Shown here: one piece after another, positions 9,606-19,927 of the stretch
Layout: the number at the start of each line of letters is the position of its first letter
Numbering within the stretch: position 1 is the stretch's first letter
Source: an uncultured Pseudomonadota bacterium
Lineage (GTDB): Bacteria > Pseudomonadota > Alphaproteobacteria > Rs-D84
NCBI GenBank assembly: GCA_902762295.1
Contig: CACWNX010000001.1
Span: 355,238-419,237 of the forward strand
Direction: 5' to 3'
DNA: 64,000 nucleotides
Position numbers and translations under genes: made by a program
The notes under the pieces: generated by a model
The model's database searches: none
What the model was told of the DNA's origin: nothing
The model's input: the letters and a program-made list of their open reading frames with translations, nothing else

Positions 9606-11822
9606 ATGTTATTTGGTTTAATAAATAAAAAAGACGAAAAAAATCGTCTGAACAACCCTGTGGCGGTTGAAATTAAATATGGTGATGAAACATTGCGTTT
9701 GGAAACCGGTCGTTATGCCAAGCAGGCAAACGGTGCAGTTATGGCGACAATGGGTGAAACGATGGTTTTGGCAACGGTCTGTGCCGAAAAAACGGCGGTA
9801 GAAGGGCAAGATTTCTTTCCGTTGACCGTTGATTACCAAGAAAAATTTGCATCGTCTGGTCGTATTCCGGGGTCGCGTGACCGCCGTGAAGGCAAGGCAT
9901 CTATGGGTGAAACATTGGTTGCGCGTCTGATTGACCGCCCAATTCGCCCACTTTTCCCAGAAACATTTAAAAACAAAGTCCAGGTTATTGCCCAGGTATT
10001 TTCATATGACCGCAAGAACCAGCCAGATATTTTGGCGATGATTGCGTCAAGTGCGGCATTGGCATTATCAGGTGTTCCGTTTGCGGGCCCGATTGGTGCG
10101 GCGCGTGTTGGGTATATGAACGGAAAATATATTCTGAATCCATCAAAGAAAGATATTGAAAATTCTGAAATGGATTTGGTCGTTGCGGCAACCAAGGACG
10201 GTGTGTTAATGGTTGAATCTGAAATTGGTGAATTAGATGAAGCAACTACATTGGGGGCGGTCAAATTTGGTTTTGATGCACAACAGACGGTTATTCGCGC
10301 AATTAACGAATTGGTTGAAACCGCCGGTAAAGAACGTTGGGCGATTCCGGAAAAGACCCCAGAATACATCAAAATGGAATCTGCGTTTGAAAAATTTGCT
10401 CCGGAAATTGAATCTGCGTTGGGGATAAAGGAAAAGTTGACGCGTTTGGAAACGCTGGGAAACATTCACAGTGAAGCCAAGGCGATGATTCCGGAATTGT
10501 TCCCAGATACGATTACTGCAACATCTACATTGGAATCATTTGCGGATGAAATCGTTGAAAATATAACTGCGCGTATTATGCGTTCAAATATTTTGGCGGG
10601 CAAACCCCGTATTGATGGTCGTGACACCAAGACGGTTCGTCCGATTGAAATTGAATTAGGTATATTGCCACGCGCACATGGTTCTGCGTTGTTTACACGC
10701 GGTGAAACCCAGGCATTGGTTTCATTGACACTTGGGGGCGGCAAAGATGCATTGCCATTGGAAACATTAGATGGTGCCGACGAACGCGACTTTATGTTGA
10801 ACTATAATTTCCCGGGATTTTCGGTCGGTGAAGCCAAGGGCTTAAAGGCCCCCGGTCGTCGTGAAATTGGACATGGTAATTTGGCGTGGCGTGCCGTTCA
10901 TCCGATGATTCCATCACGCAGTGAATTTGATTATGTAATTCGTCTGTGTTCGGATATTCTGGAATCAAATGGTTCATCGTCCATGGCGACAACATGTGGT
11001 GCGACACTGGCGATGTTGGATGGTGGCGTTCCAATGAAGCGTCCGGTTGCGGGTATTGCAATGGGCTTAATCAAAGAAGGTGATGATTATGCGATATTGA
11101 CCGATATTTTGGGTGACGAAGACCACCTTGGTGATATGGATTTCAAGGTGACCGGTACCGACCAAGGTATCACCGCCCTGCAAATGGATATTAAAATCAC
11201 ATCTATTACATTTGAAATCATGCAAAAGGCATTAGCCCAGGCAAAAGACGGTCGTATGCACATCCTTGGTAAAATTAAGCAGGCGATTTCAAAACCGCGC
11301 GATCACGTGTCGGAATATGCGCCACAACTCTATACGATACAAATCAACCCAGACAAGGTTCGTGATGTCATCGGCAAGGGTGGTGTCGTGATTCAGGCGT
11401 TGACACGTGATACAAACACAACGATTGACCTGGAAGATGACGGCACTGTAAAAATCTTGGCGGTGACACGCGAAGATGCCGATGCGGCAATCGCACGAAT
11501 CAAAGAAATCGTTGCCGAACCCGAAGTTGGGATGATTTATCCGGGCATTGTTTCGGGTATGAAAGATTTCGGAATCTTTGTTAAAATTCTGAATGGTTTT
11601 GAATCTATGGTTCATATATCAGAAATTACCGGTAAACACTTGGCAAAAATAGAAGATGCCGGACTAAAAGAAGGCGACCCGGTGTTTGTGAAATACCTTG
11701 GTGTGGATAAACGCGGTAAAACCCGTATGTCTATGGTTGGTATTGACCAGAAAACCGGTGCCGAGATTGATATACCGAAAGAAAAAGAATCAAAGCGGAA
11801 AAGTAAAAAGACCGAAGAATAA
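9606..11822 (+). CDS. pnp: Polyribonucleotide nucleotidyltransferase
   Basis: DFFPLTVDY, ARLIDRPIRPLF, RREIGHG, SNGSSSMA, DMDFKV; KH (VIGKGG) and S1 domains. Confidence 0.98.
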   Translation: MLFGLINKKDEKNRLNNPVAVEIKYGDETLRLETGRYAKQANGAVMATMGETMVLATVCAEKTAVEGQDFFPLTVDYQEKFASSGRIPGSRDRREGKASMGETLVARLIDRPIRPLFPETFKNKVQVIAQVFSYDRKNQPDILAMIASSAALALSGVPFAGPIGAARVGYMNGKYILNPSKKDIENSEMDLVVAATKDGVLMVESEIGELDEATTLGAVKFGFDAQQTVIRAINELVETAGKERWAIPEKTPEYIKMESAFEKFAPEIESALGIKEKLTRLETLGNIHSEAKAMIPELFPDTITATSTLESFADEIVENITARIMRSNILAGKPRIDGRDTKTVRPIEIELGILPRAHGSALFTRGETQALVSLTLGGGKDALPLETLDGADERDFMLNYNFPGFSVGEAKGLKAPGRREIGHGNLAWRAVHPMIPSRSEFDYVIRLCSDILESNGSSSMATTCGATLAMLDGGVPMKRPVAGIAMGLIKEGDDYAILTDILGDEDHLGDMDFKVTGTDQGITALQMDIKITSITFEIMQKALAQAKDGRMHILGKIKQAISKPRDHVSEYAPQLYTIQINPDKVRDVIGKGGVVIQALTRDTNTTIDLEDDGTVKILAVTREDADAAIARIKEIVAEPEVGMIYPGIVSGMKDFGIFVKILNGFESMVHISEITGKHLAKIEDAGLKEGDPVFVKYLGVDKRGKTRMSMVGIDQKTGAEIDIPKEKESKRKSKKTEE

Positions 11823-11827
11823 ATAGA

Positions 11828-11854
11828 AAGTCCGGTCGCAAGACCGGATTTTTA
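11828..11854 (+). terminator. Terminator after pnp
   Basis: AGTCCGGTC-GCAA-GACCGGATTTTT. Confidence 0.75.
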
Positions 11855-11876
11855 TCAGGTAAAAAAAGGATAAAAA

Positions 11877-12176
11877 ATGGATATGGAAGCACTTATGGCC
11901 CAGGCATCCGAATTACAGTCCAAAGTTGCCGCCGCCCAGGAAAAATTGGCGAGCATGCGTGTCAAAGGGTTGGCAACCGGTGGCGCGTGCATTGTTGATA
12001 TGTCGGGTAAATACGACATATTAGGCATAACAATAAATCCAAATTTATTAAACGATGGTGCGCCGGCGGTGGAATCGGCGGTTATGTCGGCACTGCGTGA
12101 TGCCAAGGACAAGGCCGATAAACTGATTGACGATGTTATGTCGGATGCAACGGCGGGTATGCCGATGCCGAATTAA
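11877..12176 (+). CDS. YbaB/EbfC family nucleoid-associated protein
   Basis: M.QA.ELQ.K...AQEKL...V.G..GG...V..SG....I.INP pattern; 99 aa. Confidence 0.9.
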   Translation: MDMEALMAQASELQSKVAAAQEKLASMRVKGLATGGACIVDMSGKYDILGITINPNLLNDGAPAVESAVMSALRDAKDKADKLIDDVMSDATAGMPMPN

Positions 12177-12224
12177 AAAAGCCTGGACAAATAGAAATTT
12201 ATAATTTATGATTTATCGGCATTT

Positions 12225-12301
12225 GGGTGTTTAGCTCAGTTGGCTAGAGCATCTGCTTTACACGCAGAGGGTCAGGGGTTCAAGTCCCTTAACACCCACC
12301 A
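12225..12301 (+). tRNA. tRNA-Val(TAC)
   Basis: GGGTGTT acceptor pairs with AACACCC-ACCA; anticodon loop TT-TAC-AC; GGTTCAAGTCC T-arm. Confidence 0.97.
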
Positions 12302-12347
12302 CACTTCGCCAAGGCTTCGTATGGCAGGCCACGAATTTTCGTTGATA

Positions 12348-12372
12348 AAAATCCACCAGACGGTGGATTTTT
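12348..12372. terminator. Bidirectional terminator between tRNA-Val and the convergent operon
   Basis: AAAATCCACC-AGAC-GGTGGATTTTT. Confidence 0.7.
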
Positions 12373-12416
12373 ATTTAAGAAAATTAAGTAAAGTATCGGT
12401 GAATCACAAAAAATCT

Positions 12417-13160
12417 TTATTTATTCCTTGCCATCCAACGCAGTGCATTTTGGATATATAATTCCGCCCGTGCCATATCAAATTGTTTTGTGTCAGGGTT
12501 TTTTAATTTGCCTTCGGCATCTATCCATATATTTGAATTCGCCGGTACAACCATATTTATTTTATCCAGATTTTCTGATATATTATCGGGGCCCAATCCA
12601 CCACTGTACCCCATTTTATGATTTGGATTTATCGGTGCACACCATTTTTTTGGTAATTTCCCACGCCCACCCGATGCATCAAACAGCATTGAAAATTCTG
12701 TGCCTGTTGCATCCAGTCGTTTTAACCGCCGGTGTTGTTTTGGCGTGTATTGGAAAATAAATTCAATATTGGGGTATGCATGAATTATATCTGCGACCTT
12801 GTTCGTATAAAATCTGAAACTGTCTTTGCCGCCATTTATATTTATTTGGACGCGTCCAATTACCGGTTTTCCATTATCGCGTTGCATATCCCACATGCGT
12901 TTGATTTCATATGGAACATCGCCACGACAAATTTCGGTTCGCCATTCAGAATTTACATGCATCGCAAGATTTATATTCGTATTACGCGCCGCATGCATCA
13001 GGGTTTCAAACCAAACATATCGGGGCATCCATCCTGAAAATTTTGATGGATGTGCCTGGATTGCAAATTCTGATATCGGATATTTTTTGCCAAGGGCGAT
13101 AATATCATCTATTTCATTATATTCGCGCATATCGCTGCAAGTAATTTTTTCAATCTTCAT
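12417..13160 (-). CDS. TrpF (PRA isomerase)-like TIM-barrel protein of unknown function
   Basis: LFDASGGRG, GYSGGLGPDNI and WIDAEG resemble the PRAI C-terminal motifs. Start ATG overlaps the rlmN stop (ATGA). Confidence 0.6.
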   Translation of the reverse strand: MKIEKITCSDMREYNEIDDIIALGKKYPISEFAIQAHPSKFSGWMPRYVWFETLMHAARNTNINLAMHVNSEWRTEICRGDVPYEIKRMWDMQRDNGKPVIGRVQININGGKDSFRFYTNKVADIIHAYPNIEFIFQYTPKQHRRLKRLDATGTEFSMLFDASGGRGKLPKKWCAPINPNHKMGYSGGLGPDNISENLDKINMVVPANSNIWIDAEGKLKNPDTKQFDMARAELYIQNALRWMARNK

Positions 13161-14248
13161 TTGTTTGCCTCGCTTATTCTTAGTTGTCCACACGCCGAAC
13201 CAATATCATTGCCGCGTTCGCGGCGGATTCGTGCGTGAATTCCATTTTTAATTAGTATATCTTGAAAGCGGTGAATGGCGTTGCCTGATGGCGAAGTAAA
13301 TTGTCTTTCGGCAACCGTATTCCATGGTATTAAATTTACCATACAGTTTTTATTGCGCACGATTTCAACCAATTGTTCGGCACATTCGCAGGTTGCGTTT
13401 AATAAATTGCCATCGATATCGCCAAGTAATATGTATTCAATCATCAGTTGCCGATTATGCAAATCTGTGAATCGCCATGCCGCATCCATGATTTCATGAA
13501 TGGAATATTTGTTTGCAATCGGCATAATCTTTTTTCGTAATTCGTCATTTGGTGCATGTAATGATATTGCCAAATTTATTGGTCGTCCCCATTCAATAAG
13601 TTTATCTATACCCGGTACAACACCACATGTTGATATCGTGATTCGTCGCCATCCGATTCCCATATCGTGATTTGCACGTTCTATAAATCCAATAACATTA
13701 TCGGTGTTCTGTAATGGTTCACCCGTTCCCATAACAACGATATGTGAAACATCGCCATTATTTGCATCGCCATTTGGGCGAATTGGTTTATCTGTAAATC
13801 TGTCGCCCCGCAGTTCCCACTGTGCGACTAAAATTTGTGCAAAGATTTCATTTACGGTCAAATTGCGTTTTAACCCCAATAGTGTACTGGCACAGAATTT
13901 ACAACCCATTGCGCATCCGGCCTGGGAACTAACACACACACTGTTGCCATAACTAGTGCGCATTAAAACGCATTCAATTCTTTCGTTGTCATTTAATTCT
14001 AATAGGAACTTGGTTGTTGCGCCATCGGATGATTGCAATTTTTTGATAACACGCACTGGCAAGGTTTGGGCAATTTTATCTAAATCATCACGCATTTTTT
14101 CGGGTATATTTTTCATAACCGAAAAGTTTGGTGCGCCACGCGATAACCATTCTGAAATTTGTTTAGCACGAAAACGTGGCTGACCCATGTCGGTCACGAA
14201 TTTTTCTAATTCAGATTCTGTTAAATCAAAAAGAATTGTTTTTGTCAT
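13157..14248 (-). CDS. rlmN: Dual-specificity RNA methyltransferase RlmN
   Basis: CVSSQAGCAMGCKFCAS radical SAM motif, MGTGEPL, ISLHAPND, GNDIGSACGQL. Confidence 0.96.
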   Translation of the reverse strand: MTKTILFDLTESELEKFVTDMGQPRFRAKQISEWLSRGAPNFSVMKNIPEKMRDDLDKIAQTLPVRVIKKLQSSDGATTKFLLELNDNERIECVLMRTSYGNSVCVSSQAGCAMGCKFCASTLLGLKRNLTVNEIFAQILVAQWELRGDRFTDKPIRPNGDANNGDVSHIVVMGTGEPLQNTDNVIGFIERANHDMGIGWRRITISTCGVVPGIDKLIEWGRPINLAISLHAPNDELRKKIMPIANKYSIHEIMDAAWRFTDLHNRQLMIEYILLGDIDGNLLNATCECAEQLVEIVRNKNCMVNLIPWNTVAERQFTSPSGNAIHRFQDILIKNGIHARIRRERGNDIGSACGQLRISEANK

Positions 14249-15069
14249 AATTTATACCGGTCGTCATTTATGATAACCACCGCCTTTCTGCGCAGTTGTT
14301 TTAATTGTTGATCAGCGATAAACATAGATTTTTTGTATATCGCATTTTGTTTGATTATTTCGTCCAGTTTTCCGTATTCTTTTGTTTTTTTAGAATCGCA
14401 TATTAAAAATATATTTCCATCCCGCACGCGCGACCAATTTAATCTGCCAAGGCCCGCAATTTGTTCGCGTATTTCGGGCGATAGTTCGTATTGAATCGCA
14501 GTAAATTTTTGTGGTTCGCCACCAAGGCGCGTTGCCATATCCATTGCATCATCGCAACTTTTTGGACGCGATAATTGCTTTGCAACCGATTCGGGAACAT
14601 CAACCAAACGAACCAGTGTCATTTCAATTGGCAATCCATGTTCACGTTCCAGTGATACACGTTCAGCACCAATATCTTCGGATTCAATATCTATTGTTGG
14701 CATAATAGTACGCGCAACAATAACCTGCCATGCGATATTTGCCCGCATCGCCGATATTGCCATTGCGCGTTCAGATGCACTCATGTCGCCAAGGTTCATA
14801 TGTTTTAATTCCGCGGCGGCATCTTTTTCACTGGGGACCGCATTAAAATTCGCCGCATATTTTAATTTTACATTATCATCAATAATATTTTGCAGTGCCT
14901 GGCGCCGATTATCGGTAGAATTTTTTCCCTGGCGCGCCATTAGTTTTGTTCGTGCAGTTATGTCGGTATCGGTTATTGGTTTACCATCAACCGTTGCGAC
15001 AACCGTTGCCGATTGCGCCATTGTCGCCGAACACAGTATAGCAATGATTGCAAATAATATTTTTTTCAT
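14245..15069 (-). CDS. surA: SurA-like periplasmic chaperone (degenerate PPIase part)
   Basis: Signal peptide, VVATVDGKPIT.TDI..R, C-terminal LKQLRRKAVV; directly downstream of lptD as in the conserved lptD-surA order. Confidence 0.75.
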   Translation of the reverse strand: MKKILFAIIAILCSATMAQSATVVATVDGKPITDTDITARTKLMARQGKNSTDNRRQALQNIIDDNVKLKYAANFNAVPSEKDAAAELKHMNLGDMSASERAMAISAMRANIAWQVIVARTIMPTIDIESEDIGAERVSLEREHGLPIEMTLVRLVDVPESVAKQLSRPKSCDDAMDMATRLGGEPQKFTAIQYELSPEIREQIAGLGRLNWSRVRDGNIFLICDSKKTKEYGKLDEIIKQNAIYKKSMFIADQQLKQLRRKAVVIINDDRYKL

Positions 15070-15091
15070 GCTTTCTCCTTAATCCTTGTTT

Positions 15092-17104
15092 TTAATAGTG
15101 TTTTCCATCAACACTGATTCCGAAACGGAATTGTAATGATGTGTATCCGCGATAATCTTCTTTTTCGGCATTATCGCGACGATAACCCAAACTTAGATAA
15201 TAACATGGGTGTTCATAATATATTGCGCCATTGTGTTGTTGCAATATGTTATTTGTCGCGTTGTATATTGCATTCCAACGCACCGACCATCTGTCTGTGA
15301 TTGCAAATCCGACACCACCGGCAAATTCATGAATAGATTCTGCAAGCATTTGATTATCATAAAATTGTTGCGACCAGATATGCCCCATGTTCAAGAAATT
15401 TCGCGATGTTCCCAATACTAAATTTGTTTCAATATGTTGCAGGCTTAAATTTTCCTGGGCCAGACGAAAACGCGTATATAAATTCAACCATTTCATATTG
15501 TTATACCCAATGCGGCCAACATAGTCCGATTGTCCATTGTGAAAGCCACTGTTGCGATCGGTATCTTCGCGTCGTGTAAAATCATATGTTTGACCTATAA
15601 ATGTTTCAATGCTTTGACCGTCTGAATCAAATGCCGCCCAACGCACCCCATAGTCAGCAAATGTTCCATTTTCCCATAAATCTAATCCAGAAAAACGATT
15701 GTTTGAAAATATTGTTGCATCCGATAATAATGCACCGGCAGAATCGTTATCCATTGCAAATTGACTGTCGTGAATATGTCGCATAGTTGTTAATCGTGCG
15801 CGTGGTTCAATTACATGTGTCCATGATTCGCCCGGGCGAAACAACGGCAATCCCCATTCCAGATAACCGCTTGGTAAAAATCTGTTTTTTAATCCGGAAT
15901 ATATTTCGTTATCTATCATTGGGGCATTATGAAAATTGTATATATCATATCGTGTGGCGATACTGGCCGTTATTCGGTTGCCCCCCCATATGGTCCAGGG
16001 AGATGTAATGCGTGCTTCGCCAATTATTCGTTGTGATGATACCCCGTCACCCGATATCCCAAGAATATCCCCTATCAGTGTCGCATATGTTGATGCAAAC
16101 AGTGGCGATGTTTGATAAACGGCATGAATATTTGGTAAAATATTTCCATTCGGTACAGATTGATACTCATTTTCCTGGCGCAGTTCTTGGAATACATGAA
16201 CATCCGCGACAACATAACTGGATTGTCCAAATAGTTCTACACGCGCCCCAGAATCCAAGAACGGCTGTTCATCATAGAAACCATATTTCTGTAAATATGT
16301 TTTATCAGATGCGCGTTCCAAGAATATTGTTGCACGCGCATTTTCACCCAATTCAATAACATCATCATTAAATATGTGCCAGCGATTTTCGCCTTCACGG
16401 TTATGTGTAAATGAACCGTTTGTCCTGAATTCAGCGTGTTTAGTGTTCAGGCGATGTTCTAATTGAAATAGTGGGTTTTCTTTGGTCAGGTACGATAATG
16501 TTATCGTTGCATCATGCGTGTCGGATAAATAAACATAGAACGGAACATTTATTTGTGTTCCCATGTTGTTTGTTGATGCAAGGTTAGGTGTCAAAAAACC
16601 GCTTTTATGCTTTACGCCTGGGTCCGGCATATCAAAATACGGCAACCACAATATCGGAAAATCATAAATCCAGAATACCATGTTATAAAACGATAACAAT
16701 CGCGAATCTAAATCATGTTTTATTTTTTTTGATGTTATTTCCCATGCGTCGCCATAATTGTCACAATTTTTACATGCGGTAAATGTCCCGTCATGTGCAA
16801 TCGTTATATCACCATCGCGTGTTATTTTATCTGATTCCATATACACATGTGGCCCAAGCCATATTTGAATATCCGAACCTGATAAATCTTTGCCACCGCG
16901 TGTAATGTATGAATCGGTCAGTGTCATTTTTTGGCCAGATTTATTTGTGATGTTTGTGGTTCCGGTTGTTTTGATTGTTTCGGTTTTTAAATCGTATTCT
17001 ATTTTTTCGGCCTGGATTAACTTTGGGCTATCTGTATCTATGGCAACCGCATAACATGCGTTCCCCAGAAACAAAGTCATAAATATCAAAATACTTTTCT
17101 TCAT
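15092..17104 (-). CDS. lptD: LPS assembly outer-membrane protein LptD
   Basis: GTFTAC..C, W.I...KI.HD, PILWLPY, SGFLTP, NRFSGLD, YEHPC; beta-barrel C-terminus. Confidence 0.93.
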   Translation of the reverse strand: MKKSILIFMTLFLGNACYAVAIDTDSPKLIQAEKIEYDLKTETIKTTGTTNITNKSGQKMTLTDSYITRGGKDLSGSDIQIWLGPHVYMESDKITRDGDITIAHDGTFTACKNCDNYGDAWEITSKKIKHDLDSRLLSFYNMVFWIYDFPILWLPYFDMPDPGVKHKSGFLTPNLASTNNMGTQINVPFYVYLSDTHDATITLSYLTKENPLFQLEHRLNTKHAEFRTNGSFTHNREGENRWHIFNDDVIELGENARATIFLERASDKTYLQKYGFYDEQPFLDSGARVELFGQSSYVVADVHVFQELRQENEYQSVPNGNILPNIHAVYQTSPLFASTYATLIGDILGISGDGVSSQRIIGEARITSPWTIWGGNRITASIATRYDIYNFHNAPMIDNEIYSGLKNRFLPSGYLEWGLPLFRPGESWTHVIEPRARLTTMRHIHDSQFAMDNDSAGALLSDATIFSNNRFSGLDLWENGTFADYGVRWAAFDSDGQSIETFIGQTYDFTRREDTDRNSGFHNGQSDYVGRIGYNNMKWLNLYTRFRLAQENLSLQHIETNLVLGTSRNFLNMGHIWSQQFYDNQMLAESIHEFAGGVGFAITDRWSVRWNAIYNATNNILQQHNGAIYYEHPCYYLSLGYRRDNAEKEDYRGYTSLQFRFGISVDGKHY

Positions 17105-18159
17105 TTTCGTATCAGCAAGAACAATATTATTACAAATAACAATACCTGGGCAATTGCCAATGTTATCAGGTTGTTTATGTCCCAGAGCATATTAGATGCA
17201 GACATAAATGCCGCCATAATTCCAACCATTATAACAACCGCAATCGCCGGTGCAAAACTGGTTCTGCGCCGCAATAATGACGAACGCAACAATACCACCA
17301 ATGCCAACACCGCCAGAATCATGTTCATAAATGGACTTAAAATTCGTGTTGCTAGTTCGGTCATAACCGTTTTATATTGTGCAGGTGGCATTTTTTCAGA
17401 CATTACATTAAATAATACGGATGTCGGCATACGGCGCGCCTTAAATGTACTATTGTTATTTTTTTCTGTAATGCTTAAATCCATATCAAAGTTATCAAAT
17501 GTGCCAATAACTTTGCCCGAACCTTGCATTTGCAAAGACCCGTTTGACATAACAATGGAAAGACCGCGCATGGTGTTAACCAATTTCCCGTTTTGGGCAA
17601 ATATTGACATCTGAGATTTATCGTCGCGCATATCAGACAACATAACCTGGTTTAAATCTTGTCCCGAAACTTTATCAACATATACAACCAACCCATGCGA
17701 CATTTCGGTAAATGCGCCTTCTTGCAGTTTTAAATGTGCCAACCCATATCGCAGATTCCATTGAGTATCATAGAATTTTGCCTGGGTCATTGGGACAACC
17801 CATACATTCAAAAACAAATGCGCGATGGTTAATAAGCCTGCAAGAAAAATCGCCGGGCGTGCAATTCGTGCAGGCGAATATCCGGCACCCGCCATTACAA
17901 TAACTTCGTTATCCGCAATCAATTTGTTATACACAAACAACACCGATATAAATGTGACAAATGGCACAACGATTGATAATATAAACGGAATCATCAAAAC
18001 GGTCAGCCCCAAAAAATTGTTTAACTCTATACCATAGTTCAGCAAAAATTTCATCATGGACATAATCTGGACCATCCACGCCAGTCCAGTTAAAATCAGC
18101 AATAGCATGATAAATATTCCAATCAACTGTTTGGTAAAATATCTGTCTATTATTTTCAT
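17101..18159 (-). CDS. lptF: LPS export ABC permease LptF/LptG family (LptF-like)
   Basis: MKIIDRYF, L..DNEVIVM.GAG.S...IARP; 3+3 transmembrane layout; upstream of lptD. Confidence 0.85.
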   Translation of the reverse strand: MKIIDRYFTKQLIGIFIMLLLILTGLAWMVQIMSMMKFLLNYGIELNNFLGLTVLMIPFILSIVVPFVTFISVLFVYNKLIADNEVIVMAGAGYSPARIARPAIFLAGLLTIAHLFLNVWVVPMTQAKFYDTQWNLRYGLAHLKLQEGAFTEMSHGLVVYVDKVSGQDLNQVMLSDMRDDKSQMSIFAQNGKLVNTMRGLSIVMSNGSLQMQGSGKVIGTFDNFDMDLSITEKNNNSTFKARRMPTSVLFNVMSEKMPPAQYKTVMTELATRILSPFMNMILAVLALVVLLRSSLLRRRTSFAPAIAVVIMVGIMAAFMSASNMLWDINNLITLAIAQVLLFVIILFLLIRK

Positions 18160-18166
18160 ATATGGA

Positions 18167-18195
18167 AGTATAGAGCCCAAAACCGCACCCGTCAA
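18167..18195 (-). promoter_or_regulatory. Sigma70 promoter yielding a leaderless lptF mRNA
   Basis: Minus strand TTGACG-17 bp-TATACT, then 7 nt to the ATG; no SD. Confidence 0.7.
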
Positions 18196-18224
18196 ATATA
18201 TTTAGTAAAATCTGTAAAAAACAT

Positions 18225-18306
18225 TTGCATTTGTCCGATTCGGTGTTATAATCGTGATGTTCTTAAGATTTAAATTTTAAGGGCGGGGCGAAAAACCCCG
18301 CCCTTA
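18225..18306 (+). promoter_or_regulatory. nusA promoter and GC-rich leader hairpin
   Basis: TTGCAT...TGtTATAAT (-10 at 18247-18252); hairpin TAAGGGCGGGG-CGAAAAA-CCCCGCCCTTA at 18278-18306. Confidence 0.6.
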
Positions 18307-18350
18307 TAGGTAAAAAAGACACAAAACAAAATACCAAGGGAGATACGCAA

Positions 18351-19892
18351 ATGTCTTTTGTTTCTATGCCACGTCAGGATTTGTTATTGGCCATCGATTC
18401 ATTGGCCGGCGAAAAACAAATTGATCGTGAAACCGTTTTTGATTCACTAGAGGCCGCAATCGCCAAAATCGCAAAACATAAATATGGTGAAGAGTTTAAT
18501 ATTGTGGCAAACATTGACCGTAAAAACGGTGCAATTTATGTTAAACGCTTGTTTGATGTTATTGAATCCCCAGAATCGGTCGGTGAAGATTATAACCCAT
18601 CAACAATGTTGACCGTGGCCCAGGCTAAGAAATACGCAAAAAATCCGTCGGTTGGCGATGTTATTGAAGATGCATTGCCGGAACCCGAATTTGGTCGTAT
18701 GGCATTTCAAACTGCGCGCCAAATAATGACGGCCCGTGTTCGTGATGCAGAAAAAGGTCGCCAATACGAAGAATTTAAAGACAATATTGGCGATATTGTT
18801 AACGGTGTTGTAAAGCGTATAGAATTTGGCAATGTATTTGTTGATATCAACGGCAAAGCCGAAGGTTATATCAAAAGCAGCGAACTTATCCCGGGCGAAC
18901 GTTTAGCGGTTGGTGATCGTGTGCGTGCACTGATTATGGATGTTGCGCGTTCTAATTCAGGACCACAGATTTTCTTAACTCGGACCCATCCGTTGTTTAT
19001 GGAAAAACTGTTTGTCCAAGAAGTGCCAGAAATTTACGAAGGTATTATTAAAATTAAATCTGTATCACGTGCGCCGGGTTCACACGCAAAAATCGCAGTT
19101 GAAACCGCCGACCCATCGGTTGATGCCGTTGGTATGACGGTCGGTATCAAGGGTACCCGTATCCAACCGGTTATCAACGAATGCCATGGCGAAAAGATTG
19201 ATGTTATTTTGTATTCCGAAGACCCGGCGGTGTTCATAGTTAATGCAATGCAACCGGCCAAGGTCGCAAAAATCATCGTTGATGAAGATACACGCAGCGC
19301 GGTCGTCGTTGTAAACGAAGATCAACAATCGTTGGCGATTGGTCGCCGTGGGCAAAATGTGCGTCTGGCATCACAGTTGACCGGATGGAATATTGATGTT
19401 GTGAACGAGGCCGAAGAACAAGAACGTCGTGCCAAAGAAGTTAAAGAAAAGACCGAACTGTTTATCCGTGGTTTGGATGTTGATGAAATGATTGCGCACT
19501 TGTTGGTATCCGAAGGATTCCGTACAATTGAAGAAATCGCGTTTGTTGAATTAAAAGAATTAGAATCTATTGAAGGTTTCAATACTGAATTGGCGGTTGA
19601 ATTGCAGAATCGTGCAAAATCATACCTGACCAAGGTTGAACAAGATTACTTTAACGAAGGTCATAAACTTGGTATGTCGGATGATTTGTTGCGGTTTGAC
19701 TTTATCAAACGCCCAATCATTATGAAACTTGGCAACGCCGGAATCAAGACATTATCAGACTTGGCAGATTTGGCATCGGATGAATTGGTTGAAATCCTTG
19801 GTGAAGAAACCATGAGTGCGCGCTTGGCGGGTCGTGTTATCATGAAAGCGCGTGAAATTGCATTTGGTATCACACAAAGCGAAGAAGACTAA
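18351..19892 (+). CDS. nusA: Transcription termination factor NusA
   Basis: FGRMAFQTARQ, S1 domain, GPQIFLTRTHP, LAIGRRGQNVRLASQLTGW and C-terminal acidic repeats. Confidence 0.97.
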   Translation: MSFVSMPRQDLLLAIDSLAGEKQIDRETVFDSLEAAIAKIAKHKYGEEFNIVANIDRKNGAIYVKRLFDVIESPESVGEDYNPSTMLTVAQAKKYAKNPSVGDVIEDALPEPEFGRMAFQTARQIMTARVRDAEKGRQYEEFKDNIGDIVNGVVKRIEFGNVFVDINGKAEGYIKSSELIPGERLAVGDRVRALIMDVARSNSGPQIFLTRTHPLFMEKLFVQEVPEIYEGIIKIKSVSRAPGSHAKIAVETADPSVDAVGMTVGIKGTRIQPVINECHGEKIDVILYSEDPAVFIVNAMQPAKVAKIIVDEDTRSAVVVVNEDQQSLAIGRRGQNVRLASQLTGWNIDVVNEAEEQERRAKEVKEKTELFIRGLDVDEMIAHLLVSEGFRTIEEIAFVELKELESIEGFNTELAVELQNRAKSYLTKVEQDYFNEGHKLGMSDDLLRFDFIKRPIIMKLGNAGIKTLSDLADLASDELVEILGEETMSARLAGRVIMKAREIAFGITQSEED

Positions 19893-19927
19893 GAATAAAC
19901 AAAAAACTGGGAACCAAAGGTTAAAAT

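Noticed and set aside
12302-12331. tRNA-Val as a prophage/island attachment site; short REP-like CTTCGCCAAGGCTTCG..GGCAGGCC after it
   Set aside because: No integrase or duplicated tRNA 3' end in the window; the motif is single-copy here, so it cannot be established as a repeat.
12240-12461. 73-aa ORF
   Set aside because: Starts inside tRNA-Val and crosses a terminator.
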